From: a virus | Lineage: Duplodnaviria > Caudoviricetes | IMG/VR virus record: IMGVR_UViG_3300013936_000014 | Direction: 5' to 3' (one strand) | DNA: 64,000 bases | Shown here: positions 40,656 through 50,447 of the stretch, piece by piece | Layout: every line of letters begins with the position of its first letter | Numbering within the stretch: the first letter of the stretch is position 1 | Made by a program: the position numbers and the translations under genes | The notes under the pieces: model-generated | Databases searched by the model: none | What the model saw: the letters and a program-made list of their open reading frames with translations, nothing else | Told to the model about the DNA's origin: nothing

Positions 40656-41028
40656 ATGCACGCACCTCCTCGTGCGCATCATATCATTTTCTCTTCGAAA
40701 GGTCAATGGCCAAATGCGTTTTCCCTTTTTTAAATGCCTCTCGGCTTCTCCCATCCCAAAGAAATACATAAAGAAAGTCCTTCCCCCCTCTACTCCCCTC
40801 TTTCTTTCCCTCGCTCGCTTCGCTCGCTCGGGATATCCACTTTAGCTCACTTCGTTCGCTATAAGTGTAGGCTATGCATATATTTTTTGTGTTTTCTTTT
40901 TCTAGTATACGCAAAACACTTAGAGCAGGCGGGCGCGCGCGGAATGTTATGTAGCAACCAATGCATATGCAAATCGCGCGCGACGCGCTCCAAATCAAGG
41001 AAAAAGCGGCGGGAAACGGAGAAAAGCC

Positions 41029-41057
41029 TTGACTCGCCGCCCCCGGCGTGATAGAAT
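41029..41057 (+). promoter_or_regulatory. Sigma-A promoter of the RNAP operon
   Basis: TTGACT-17-TAGAAT with extended -10 TG. Confidence 0.75.
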
Positions 41058-41112
41058 CGAGGAAAGAGAGGAAGGGAACCCCATCGCCCGACCCTGCGAA
41101 GGAGGACTGCCT

Positions 41113-41547
41113 ATGGCAAAAAGAATTACTGATTACGACATCCCGGATGGGTACGACGGCCCGGAGATATTCGTCGTGACGAAGAACCCGGACAACCATA
41201 AGCCCCACTATGAGAGGGCGACCCCAAGGAACGGGAGGCACGAGACCCTCTACCTCGTGGAGAGGATACTCAGGAAATGCAAATACTTCGACGAGCCGTC
41301 CGGCGGCTCCATCTATTACTGGGCGGGCTCCGAGGAATTCAGGGAGATCCTCGAATGGGTGCTGAGCAACCCGTCGATGTGGGAATTCCCGGGTTCAGAG
41401 GAAGACGTCTCCTCTTTGAAGACGGTGCCATTCGAAGAAGACCTCTTCCCCTATTTGGCCGACTGCGATTTCCTTGAGGAATCGGTCGACGAAGGGGAGC
41501 CAGAGAAAAAAAAGAAAACGCGCGCCATGCATCCGGAGGGGGATTGA
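41113..41547 (+). CDS. Hypothetical protein
   Basis: GGAGG RBS, ATG 41113. Confidence 0.65.
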   Translation: MAKRITDYDIPDGYDGPEIFVVTKNPDNHKPHYERATPRNGRHETLYLVERILRKCKYFDEPSGGSIYYWAGSEEFREILEWVLSNPSMWEFPGSEEDVSSLKTVPFEEDLFPYLADCDFLEESVDEGEPEKKKKTRAMHPEGD

Positions 41548-41602
41548 TTTGTCCGCGGCATTGCCGCAAAAGGCGCAGAAGCGCAGAAAGGAGGGCTGAA
41601 CC

Positions 41603-43271
41603 GTGCCAGTTGTGCAGAATCTATATCAGATCTTCAAAATTCCGGCGTCCGTCTTGGTCGCCAAAAACTGCATTTGGGACAATTATTCAAGAGCCCAAGG
41701 CTACAAAGACGGGAACATCGTCTCCATCGGCGACAACATCGTGTTCCAGCAGCTCCGCTATATCCACGGCGACATGCGCGAGCATCATGAGATCTTCAAT
41801 TACATCCAGCGTCTTCGCAATTCCATGAGGCGCTACAAAAAAGAAGGGAAGAAAGAAGAGGCGAAGATACTGGGATACAGGATAAACCAGGTCATGTTCG
41901 TGGAAGACATCGTGAACGTCTTCGTGGACGGCAAGAAATCCGATTTCCACAAATTCCGCACCAAGGGGTTCGAATTCAATGGGCACAGATACGTCTATCT
42001 CTGCTCGGGCGCCGGCCAGATCCGCCGCAACACCGCCACCTTCGTGCGCGAGGAATACCACGACAGGCTCGTCAAAACCATCAACTGCGGGCTCGACGAG
42101 AAGACCTCCGAGTTCGTCCTGGCGAAATACAGCGCCTACTTCGCGCTCGCTTTCTCCTCGATACTCTGGGTCCGCACCCCCCGCTGCTGCGTCATCAGGG
42201 ATTTCAAAAGAAACCTTCCCAAACAACCCGTCGACTTCATCTGCAAGGATGCCGCCGGCAAATCGATCATCGAGAAGCGCGAGATGGACGTCGAGCTCAA
42301 CTGCTTCGACGGGCAGGGGCTCATAGACCCCGAGTTCGCGCAGCTCTGGTCCGAGGACATGGACCTCAACTACACGCCATGCTCGTTTGTCGCCCGCTCC
42401 TGCTTCGTCAAGGGGAACCTCGCGACGTTCGACTTCAAAGCCTATGCCCGCGAGCACGGGATCAAAACCGTCAGGGACCGCTGGGGCAAGGAATACGACG
42501 TCGAGGACATCGACGTCATCCTCTCGGAGTCCCAGTTCAAGACCGCCAAGTATTACTCCTCTTGGGAGGAATACCTCGGCTACGCGAACGCGGGCAGCAT
42601 CCACTGGGGCGTCGCGAGATACAACAGGGAGACGGACGACGAATGGGTGCTGGCAAACTACCAGTACATCCAGTCGCTCACCCTCTCGAAAGACGACATC
42701 AAGGGGCTCATCGCCCCCACGATCGACTGGATAAGGAAGATCTGCTCCGGGGATGAGCTCTACACCCTGCTTTACTGCTTCGGCCCGAAATCCGGCTCAA
42801 GCGACTATCGGCAGATGCTTGGGACGGCGCAGACGACCATGATGAAGGCCATCGTGAAAAACGTCGACTTCCTCAAGGACTCATACGTTCAAGGCAAAAT
42901 ATACAAGAACATCGCCGAGACGATAAACAAGGCGAAGATCGGCAAGATATGGGTGCATGGCAATTACCAATTCATGGTGTCCGATCCGCTCGCCCAATGC
43001 CAATGGGCGCTCGGGCTCGACCCGGTGGGCGGGCTCAAGGCGAACGAGATATACTCAAAGTTCTGGAGCGACCGATTGCGGGAAGACCCCGCACGGGATA
43101 CGGGTTGCCTCGTTGACGCGTGCAGATCGCCGTTGATCGATCAGCATGAGCACAACCCGATGAGCGTCATCATGAACAACGAAGAAGCTGACAAATGGTA
43201 CAGGTTCCTGCCGAGCGGAATAATCTACAACTGCTACGACACGAGCTGCGCCAGGCACAGCGATTCGGACT
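41603..43271 (+). CDS. YonO-like single-subunit RNA polymerase, exon 1
   Basis: RdRP-like double-psi-barrel motifs (SGAGQIR, FDGQG, RSP); ends ..HSDSD+T. Confidence 0.85.
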
Positions 43272-43648
43272 TAACATCTAGGTCTTCCATATGGCGACAT
43301 ATGGTCAAGTCTTGGTGAACACGCAAAGTGGTGTGGGAGGGGAATCCCTCCTGCTAACATCAAAAACCGTAAAATAGGTATTGAAATGGAACGCAACAAA
43401 ACAATCGGCAATAAAAAGAAACAAAAGAGTCGATGGCTATTTGATAAGAAAAATACCTAAAGGCAATGATGTGCCAAGCCTCCGCAAGGAGGAAGGTGCA
43501 ACGACTAGGGAAACCGCCGGCAAAGCCGGAGAAGGGAGTACCGTAGGGGCGTCTGAGATGACGTCTCGAAGTGCCAAGCAACTCGGAAACGAGTTGAAGA
43601 AATAGTCTAAGCCCCTAATAAATATCGGGAAACCGAGGGTATCAACTG
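43272..43648 (+). mobile_element. Group I intron within the RNAP DFDGD motif (377 nt)
   Basis: P1 GGACU/GGUCU with U.G wobble; P7 GACUA/UAGUC; terminal G; splicing gives GAC TTC GAT GGT GAC. Confidence 0.9.
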
Positions 43649-44976
43649 TCGATGGTGACATAGTGATGACTACGGACAACCCGTACTTCATCAAAGGCTC
43701 CCACAAGGACCACAACATAATACTTTACGAAAAAGGCCTCGCGACCCCCGCGAAGATGACCACGTCCAACATAACGGCGGCTGTTCTCAGGGGGTTCGGG
43801 ACAGCTGTCGGGAGTTTCTCAAATTGCGCCACGATCATGTATGCGATGGCTGCGATTTTCGACAAGCCGGGCCAAGAGGACCAGGAAAACACAATTTACA
43901 ACCGAATAAAGCTTCTAAGAGAGATAGTCGGCCAAGAGATCGACAAAATAAAAGGCTGCAAACCTCCTCATCTCCCTTCTGACTGGAAGAAATACGAGCG
44001 CACGCTCCCAGACGATGAAGAGGAAGAAAGGCAGCGCAAATACAAACACAATGCTTTGGTGATATCGAAGAAACCCTATTTCTTCCGTTATCTCTACCCA
44101 GAGCTAAATCGTCGCTACAAGCAATTCGAGGCGTCCTACAACCAAGTCAGCCGCGACATGTTCGGGATCAAATTCAAGAAGCTTCTCGCCAAGCGGGACA
44201 AAACGCCAGAGGAGGTCGCGCTGGTCCGCAAATACCAGAAATACAACCCCCTCATCACCTCAAACTGCACGATGAACGTCCTCTGCAGGATGGTGGAGTC
44301 GGTCGACTTCGACATCCGCTTCGCGAAGGACGACTCGGACACGAGGAGGCAAGCCGTCTCCATGCTTCCAACATACGAGGGGTATTACGGCGCCTCCTTC
44401 TCGCAGGAGAAGTTCAATTACGTCAAGTCGCTCTACCGTCGCTATTGCTCCCGCCGCCAAATAAAACAATTGGAATCCATCATGGATAACGTGCCGACCA
44501 ATCCTTATTCCGACGATTTCGCGGAGATCAGGCACAACATGCTTGACGCATTCCTTGACGAATTGCGCAAAGATCTTGAGTCAAGCAATATCAACGATGA
44601 GGAATTCCTCTTCTATTGCTCCCGCCTTGCCCCAACCTATAACAATTTCAGCTGGGGATTCGCATGGGACGTCCTGGGGGATTCGATCTTGGAGGCAATC
44701 CCGCAAGGCAGAACCCTGTACCCGGTCCGCGACCCCGACGGCGTCGAGTATCTTGGGGGCCGCTACGTCCTGGAGGACATCTCCGACAAAGGGGAGCTCG
44801 CCATACAGTCCCTCCTCGATTCCGTCTTCGGGGACCCGGAGGGCACGCTCACCGAGGAGGAGATAGCCCAGATGGCGCGAGAGGAAAATCTTGACATCAA
44901 GGGGAAAAAATCGGATAATGACGCAGAAAGGGGAACGGAGAAGAAGGAAGGGAAAGACGATGACGAAGATGAGTGA
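43649..44976 (+). CDS. YonO-like RNA polymerase, exon 2
   Basis: (F)DGDIVMTTDN, GQEIDKIKG, KPYFF; spliced product ~998 aa. Confidence 0.85.
44891..44919 (+). promoter_or_regulatory. Sigma-A promoter inside the RNAP 3' end
   Basis: TTGACA-17-GATAAT. Confidence 0.55.
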
Positions 44977-45388
44977 GACCATAAGCAGAACAACGAAAGA
45001 GGAGATCGAGAAGCTTCGCATCGAGCAAAATCCCGTTCGCGACGAAGTCTGCTCTGTTCCTGGAATCGGCGAGACGTCTTTGGGAAGGCCCCGCAATAAA
45101 CTCGGCATCAAGGAAGACCGCAGGCTTTCTGCCCAATCCACCATCAGGCGAAATCTTGAGAGGCATGGGGTCAAGAACGCCTCCGCCCTTCCCGAAGTCC
45201 GCGCCAAGACAGAGAAGACCGCCATGGAGCGCTACGGCGTCCGAGCGTCTTCCCAATCCCCCGAGACCAAGGAAAGGCAAAAACGGACGAACCCGAGAAA
45301 ACACGGCGCCGGATCCCGCAAACACGTCTGGGAGCCAGAAGCCCCGGATGCCGACGAAAAAGGAAAGGAGGGCAGACAGGATGCATAG
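44960..45388 (+). pseudogene. Internally deleted Hef-like remnant (HTH and repeats fused to the C-terminal tail)
   Basis: TKEEIEKL..EQN, ERHGVKN/ERYGV repeats, then GAGSRKHVW resembling the GSGSKKYLW end of gene 1; no nuclease motif. Confidence 0.65.
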
Positions 45389-46148
45389 ACCGATAGAATT
45401 CACGGAGCTCAAGCCGCGCATCTGGCGGCAGCTCCACTCGATATACGAGGCGCACAAAGGGGCGGATCCCGCCCCCGAGTCCCTCGCCGCCCTGCTCGTC
45501 CCGCCCCTTGAGAACGCCGGCTTCTCCGCGGGCGACTCGGCCAGGATAGCCGCCTCGTTCGTGCGCAGCTTCGACGCGATCGGGGACGCCAAGGCCCTCG
45601 GGGACGCCCCGGACGCCCCGGATTACGAGTCGGCGGATTCCCCGTCCGGCCGCCTTCGCCTCACGCTGTCGCTCCTGGACGTCAACTGCCTTCGCGCGAT
45701 GCTGGCGGATGAGCCGTCCTGCGATGCCCGGCGCCTCCTGGTCGCCTTCGCGGCCTGGGACCGCGCCAACCCCCACCCCTCCGGGTGGATCCGCTACGAC
45801 CGCGCGGCCATAATGTGCCTGGCCGGGCTCACGCATCTCCGCCCGTCGGAGCAGGAGGCGCTCACCCAGCTCCTCCACCGCTCCCATGGGCTCGACATGC
45901 AGGTCGTCGGGTCAAACAGCCCCATCCCCTGCTTCCGCCTCTCGTGGCTGGAGGAGGAGCCGCCGATCGGATCCCCGGCCAACCCGGCCCAGGACATGGG
46001 CCCCCTCGCCCCCGCCTCAGTCGCATACGCGACGCGCGAGGTCCTCGGGCTCCCGCCCGCCGGCGAGGCAAAGGCGGACCGAGGAGACAAAGGCGGACGG
46101 AAGGCCGGCAACGGCGGAAGGAAAACCAAACAAGGAGGAAACATCTGA
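45381..46148 (+). CDS. Hypothetical protein
   Basis: AAGGAGG RBS; GC-rich codon usage. Confidence 0.6.
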   Translation: MHRPIEFTELKPRIWRQLHSIYEAHKGADPAPESLAALLVPPLENAGFSAGDSARIAASFVRSFDAIGDAKALGDAPDAPDYESADSPSGRLRLTLSLLDVNCLRAMLADEPSCDARRLLVAFAAWDRANPHPSGWIRYDRAAIMCLAGLTHLRPSEQEALTQLLHRSHGLDMQVVGSNSPIPCFRLSWLEEEPPIGSPANPAQDMGPLAPASVAYATREVLGLPPAGEAKADRGDKGGRKAGNGGRKTKQGGNI

Positions 46149-46897
46149 TGGAAACACGCAGGAAAGACGGCGGCGACGCCGAACGCAAATGGAAGGAGGC
46201 TTCCCAGGCGGCGGAAGCGGCGGAGGCCGCCCGCGAGGCGCGCGAGGGGCTTGAGAGGGAGACGGAAAGCCGCCCCTCCCTCGCCTCCCGCGCCAAGGCG
46301 GCGCTCGCGAGGAAGGCCGACCTCTGGCTCGTCGTCCCGCTCGACGGCGGGGCGGAAAGCGACGTCCTCTACGCCGCCCCCACCAAGAAGGAGGCCTTCC
46401 AGGCGGTCAACCTCCTCCTCTTCCGCCATCTCTTCCCCCATTATTCCATGTGGCTCCCGCTGCACGGATACGAGGGGGACCCAAGGCAATACGGGGCGGA
46501 CAGCGAGGCGTTCGCGGAATACGCCTCCGCCAACCATGAGGAGGCGGACGCCTTCGTCTCATCCCTCGCCATCCAGAGGGTGCGCTACGACATGGCCGGC
46601 GTCGCCTCCATGTTCCGCATGCTCTGCGGCATAGCCCCGATCGGCCTCAGGGGCGAGTCGGGCGAGGAGGTCTCCTATTGGCTCCTCCAGGCCGAGGAGG
46701 CCCTCAGGGAGATGGAAGAGGGGCAAAAGGAAAGCGAAAAAGAGAAAAGCCTTGACAAAGAGGCAGAGGCCGCCCATAATGAGGGGGAGAGGGCAACGGG
46801 CGGCGGACCCCAAAGGAAGAAGGGACGCCCCCGCGGAAACAAGGGTGCCCGGAAAAGCGCCCCCCGCCCCAAGAAAGGAGACCCAAATGGAAATTAA
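46148..46897 (+). CDS. Hypothetical protein
   Basis: GGAGG RBS; TGATG coupling. Confidence 0.6.
   Translation: METRRKDGGDAERKWKEASQAAEAAEAAREAREGLERETESRPSLASRAKAALARKADLWLVVPLDGGAESDVLYAAPTKKEAFQAVNLLLFRHLFPHYSMWLPLHGYEGDPRQYGADSEAFAEYASANHEEADAFVSSLAIQRVRYDMAGVASMFRMLCGIAPIGLRGESGEEVSYWLLQAEEALREMEEGQKESEKEKSLDKEAEAAHNEGERATGGGPQRKKGRPRGNKGARKSAPRPKKGDPNGN
46752..46780 (+). promoter_or_regulatory. Sigma-A promoter inside a CDS
   Basis: TTGACA-17-CATAAT; upstream GAGAAAAGCC identical to that of the 41029 promoter. Confidence 0.65.
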
Positions 46898-47234
46898 GGA
46901 CATCGAGGACGCCCCCGCCTATCAGGTCATCATGCAGGACGAGTACGACAACCTCTACCTCCTCGGGCTCTACGCGAGCCTGGAGGACGCCAGGAAGGAC
47001 GTCAACGAATGGCTCGCCGCGTACGACGAGGACGGCGTCAGATACCTGGAGGAGGGGGAGCTTTCCGAATACGCCTCCACCTTCGGCGGCTGCTTCGACC
47101 GCGAGGTCGAATGGAAGGGCGAGGACGGCGGCCCGGGATGCGTGGCGGTCAGGGGATTCGCCCTCAGCGCCAAGTCGCTCAAAGAAGACGCGGAGAGGAT
47201 CCTCCGCGCCGCCGACAAGGAGGAAACCAAATGA
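46887..47234 (+). CDS. Hypothetical protein
   Basis: AAGGAG RBS. Confidence 0.65.
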   Translation: MEIKDIEDAPAYQVIMQDEYDNLYLLGLYASLEDARKDVNEWLAAYDEDGVRYLEEGELSEYASTFGGCFDREVEWKGEDGGPGCVAVRGFALSAKSLKEDAERILRAADKEETK

Positions 47235-47647
47235 GATTCATCGAAAGGCTGAAGGGGCTCTTCAAGAAGAGAGAGACCGAGAGATCCACATTCGCCATCA
47301 CGTTCAGGCACTCCGCCAAGAGCATCGAGTTCGAGGGGACCTGGGAGGAGGTCAAGGGCCTCTTCGGGAAGTTCGCCGGAGGCAAGGGGCTGAAGATGGG
47401 CAACTTCTTCGTCCCGTGGGACGAGGTCGCCTTCATCTATCAGGAAGACAAAGAGGAGAAGAAGGACGAGGCGAAGAAGGGGCCGAAGCCGGGGGACGAG
47501 ATCCCCGCGACGCCCGAGGCGAAGGACCTCGGGGCGGAGACCATGGAAGTCCTCGGGGAGAAGGAAAGCCCGAAGGACGCGAGGATCGACGAGGTCAAGG
47601 CGGCGGTCGAGAAGGAGACCGAGGTCAAGGCCGAGGAAATCAAATAA
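47231..47647 (+). CDS. Hypothetical protein
   Basis: GGAGG RBS; ATGA overlap. Confidence 0.65.
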   Translation: MRFIERLKGLFKKRETERSTFAITFRHSAKSIEFEGTWEEVKGLFGKFAGGKGLKMGNFFVPWDEVAFIYQEDKEEKKDEAKKGPKPGDEIPATPEAKDLGAETMEVLGEKESPKDARIDEVKAAVEKETEVKAEEIK

Positions 47648-47670
47648 AGGAGGGAAACCTCCTTTTTTTT
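47646..47670 (+). terminator. Intrinsic terminator
   Basis: GGAGG-GAAA-CCTCC-T8. Confidence 0.8.
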
Positions 47671-47924
47671 CATGCCCCCGGAAAACGCCCCGGGGGCTTT
47701 TCGGGCGGGCCGAACCGAAATCAGGGGCCGCGGGCCGCCGGAGGCCGCGCGCGAGGCGGGGGGCGGATGGGGCAGGGGCGACGGCAACGGCTGCGGCGAC
47801 GACTCGGGGGAGCAGCGGCGGCTGCGGCTGCGGCGGCAACTCGGGGGGCGGGGGAGACCAGTGAAAGGGAAATAAGAAAGAAATTATTTCTTTTAAAATG
47901 TAAATTAGGGTTTTCCTGGTTTAC

Positions 47925-47991
47925 CGTCGACTAGGCGACGTTAAACAGCCGTCAGGCCTAGTGCGTCCTTCCTTTTAAGGGAAGGGGTCGG
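47925..47991 (+). ncRNA. Pistol self-cleaving ribozyme
   Basis: P1 CGUCG/CGACG; loop ACUAGG pseudoknots with CCUAGU; UUAAACA linker; P2 CCG/CGG; GCG; P3 hairpin; GU cleavage site at 47987/47988. Confidence 0.88.
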
Positions 47992-48020
47992 ATCGTATAT
48001 CCGAGAAAGGAGATACTCTC

Positions 48021-48236
48021 ATGAAGTATCGTTTCATTTCGTTCCGCACTTACGGAACAGGCGTCGTTCAATACGACACAAAGGCATTCATGTCTGAAGA
48101 CATGGGTGCCTTGATCGAGGCCGTCTGCCAGGAGGCCCGAATCCTCTTGGCGAACGGCCACGACCGCATCACGGTCCACGAGACCTGCGATGCGGAGGAC
48201 GCGAAAAGATGGAATATTTCCATCTGCCGCGTCTAA
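48021..48236 (+). CDS. Hypothetical early protein
   Basis: AAAGGAG RBS; 71 aa. Confidence 0.7.
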   Translation: MKYRFISFRTYGTGVVQYDTKAFMSEDMGALIEAVCQEARILLANGHDRITVHETCDAEDAKRWNISICRV

Positions 48237-49152
48237 GCCGCAAGGCCCCTCTCTCAAAAGAGAGAGGATCGGTGCAAGCCCGATGCCCCGAAAGGGGTGG
48301 CGCTCATGGCCTATGACCATCGAGGTTGCTCTCGTTAAAAAGCTATGGCGCTTTCAGGCGCCAGCGTCGTGCGAATCTTGACGCACGATGGCTGGGCAAG
48401 ACGCTTGAAGGCAAATGCCAGCGGTGGCAAACTCACCATCGCCCAGACGGGGGTCATCCCCGAACGGTGCAAAGCAAATAACCTCGCTTTGCGTAGTAAA
48501 AAAGAGGTAGACGCCCCTGCTTCCGCGGATCATCCGCAGGCGGTTGGGAAACGCACAAAGGAAAGCCAGGACTCAGAGCCTGGCGGCCCGATAAGGGAAA
48601 AGATGGAGCGACTGCAATCCAGGCAGGAAATGGCTTGGACTAACGCGCAACAGCGGCGCGGCGGGAAAACGATACCACTGATTTGATGTGGCTGGGTGAG
48701 ACGCCTCTCTTCTATGTCCTTCGACCGACGATCGAGGGAATGCGGATGGAGGGATGGCGGAAGTACCTCTGCCTCCTCATGCACGTTTCATGAGGGGGTT
48801 GGCACAGAGGGAAAACAGTCGCACCTCAAGGTGGGAGCTCGGTTGCGAAGCAACCAGGTGCACGGCTCGAATGGGGGAGATTCCCCCGGGCCCGGGAACA
48901 AAAATGACATGATTCTGCGGTGTCTTGGGTAGGTTTGCGTCGAAAACCTATCTCCGCGACCCTCAATCGTGTCTCTAGTCAACTGGAGCATCCTCCCTCA
49001 CGATGGAGGGTAACGTCTGCTTCAACGTCGTCGTGAAGAGGCAGTGAGGCGGCATCACGCCAAGACCAGGAAAATGATGGCAGATATCGGACGCGAGGGC
49101 GCTAAGGCCACGACAACGTTCGCGTTCCGGACAAAACATAGTGGCACCGCCA
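48237..49152 (+). ncRNA. Large structured non-coding RNA candidate (~0.9 kb)
   Basis: No RBS-led ORF; more than 15 hairpins; long-range helices; ends at a terminator. Confidence 0.65.
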
Positions 49153-49180
49153 GGGGCTGTCTTCGGACAGCTCCTTTTTC
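49153..49180 (+). terminator. Intrinsic terminator
   Basis: GGGGCTGTC-TTCG-GACAGCTCC-TTTTT. Confidence 0.85.
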
Positions 49181-49240
49181 TTAATGCGGCAAGCTGGTCC
49201 CAAGCCCAGCGGAAGACGCAGAGGGAGAAAGGAGACTGAT

Positions 49241-49696
49241 ATGTCTCAAAACAGAAAAGCGGAAGCTCGCCTCATGTGCGACTATCCGATCTTCGGGACC
49301 GTCTCAGACGTGTCCCGAATGAGCACAGGCGTCGTCTACGTCCGCCCGTGCTACTTCAAAGCAGGCGTGGACAAGGAGGTCGCGATCTTCCTTCGCGACG
49401 CGAAGAAGGAGCGCTGGGCGACCAAAGAGAATCTGAAGGTCGGCACCAAGCTGACCTTCATGATCAGCATCGACCCATTCAAGGGGCCGATGGCGACGAG
49501 CCTCAGAACGGTGAATGCCGCGCCGAAGGACGCGTATTCCGAGCCTTACCGCCCGGACTGCATCCCGGATGCGAAAGGCTTCCGCCGCATCATCGAGGCG
49601 GCGAGAAGACGGGACATGAGGGCTTGCCGCGAAAAGCTGGCGGCCTCATCCGACCCCGTCGACAGGCTCTTGGCGGCCATCCTGCCACGAGACTGA
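49241..49696 (+). CDS. Hypothetical early protein
   Basis: AAAGGAG RBS. Confidence 0.65.
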   Translation: MSQNRKAEARLMCDYPIFGTVSDVSRMSTGVVYVRPCYFKAGVDKEVAIFLRDAKKERWATKENLKVGTKLTFMISIDPFKGPMATSLRTVNAAPKDAYSEPYRPDCIPDAKGFRRIIEAARRRDMRACREKLAASSDPVDRLLAAILPRD

Positions 49697-49793
49697 GACG
49701 AAAAACAACCTGGCGCCCGCCTCCGAGGCGCATTCTAAATATCGGGGCTTTGGCGGTTCGAAACCGCAACGACGGTTTGATTGAAAGGAGAAC

Positions 49794-50447
49794 ATGAGTA
49801 TGTCACAGAACCAAATCAAAAAAGTCAAGATCACCGATCTGGAAATCGGAACGGGAGTCGTCTACAAGGACAATGAGGGCAAATTCTTCCGTCTTTCTTG
49901 GGTGGAGGACAGCACCTCTCCCAGAGAGAGGGGGATAAGCGGAAGGCAATTGACCTTCTACACCTGGATCGAAGGGTATCGAAGCCCCGACGCCTGCAAC
50001 AAGACAATGAAGGAATTCTATGGTTCCTTCGGCGCCAAGAACACCGAAGAGCTCCTGGAGAACATGGACAAAAAAGGCTATTTCGTGAAGCCCGTCTATG
50101 CGATGATCCATTCGGGGATCTACTACTCCTTGAAAGACTTCCGCGATCCATATGACAGCGGATTGGCCGGATTCATCTTCGTGCCAAAGAAATGGATTGT
50201 GCACGAGTCCGAAGCCTCTTTCGAAGGGGTCGCCGAAATGGAGGTGAAAGAGTACAGCGCCTGGGCCAATGGCGAGGTGTGGGCCGTTGAACGCCTGGAC
50301 AAAGAAGGAAATGTCATCGATGGCTCCCACATTGTCTTCGGGGAGGGAGAGCTCGAAGACATAGACGACGCCCTCCGAGAAGCCATGATAGCCCCTCAAT
50401 GGGAATACGAGGTGGCGAAGGTGAAGACCTTCACCGTCTTGGAATAG
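49794..50447 (+). CDS. Hypothetical phage protein
   Basis: DSTSPRE, HSG, DSGLAGFI, WANGEVW pattern of a widespread phage family. Confidence 0.7.
   Translation: MSMSQNQIKKVKITDLEIGTGVVYKDNEGKFFRLSWVEDSTSPRERGISGRQLTFYTWIEGYRSPDACNKTMKEFYGSFGAKNTEELLENMDKKGYFVKPVYAMIHSGIYYSLKDFRDPYDSGLAGFIFVPKKWIVHESEASFEGVAEMEVKEYSAWANGEVWAVERLDKEGNVIDGSHIVFGEGELEDIDDALREAMIAPQWEYEVAKVKTFTVLE

Noticed and set aside
41687-42604. Long antisense ORFs (also 5453-6739, 28666-29769, 49803-51083, 58949-59839)
   Set aside because: Shadow frames of codon-biased real genes; no RBS or recognisable motifs
43272-43648. Frameshift, pseudogene or intein explanation for the split RNAP and nrdD
   Set aside because: In-frame stops exclude inteins, and precise group I splice junctions restore the catalytic motifs
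48247-48284. tRNA
   Set aside because: Only a T-loop-like arm and one hairpin; no acceptor stem or D arm
48298-49152. RNase P RNA, tmRNA or group II intron
   Set aside because: The 3' end (AUGAUGGC...ACAAAACAUAG) loosely recalls type B RNase P, but GAGGAAAGUCC is absent; no tmRNA ends and no group II domain V recognised
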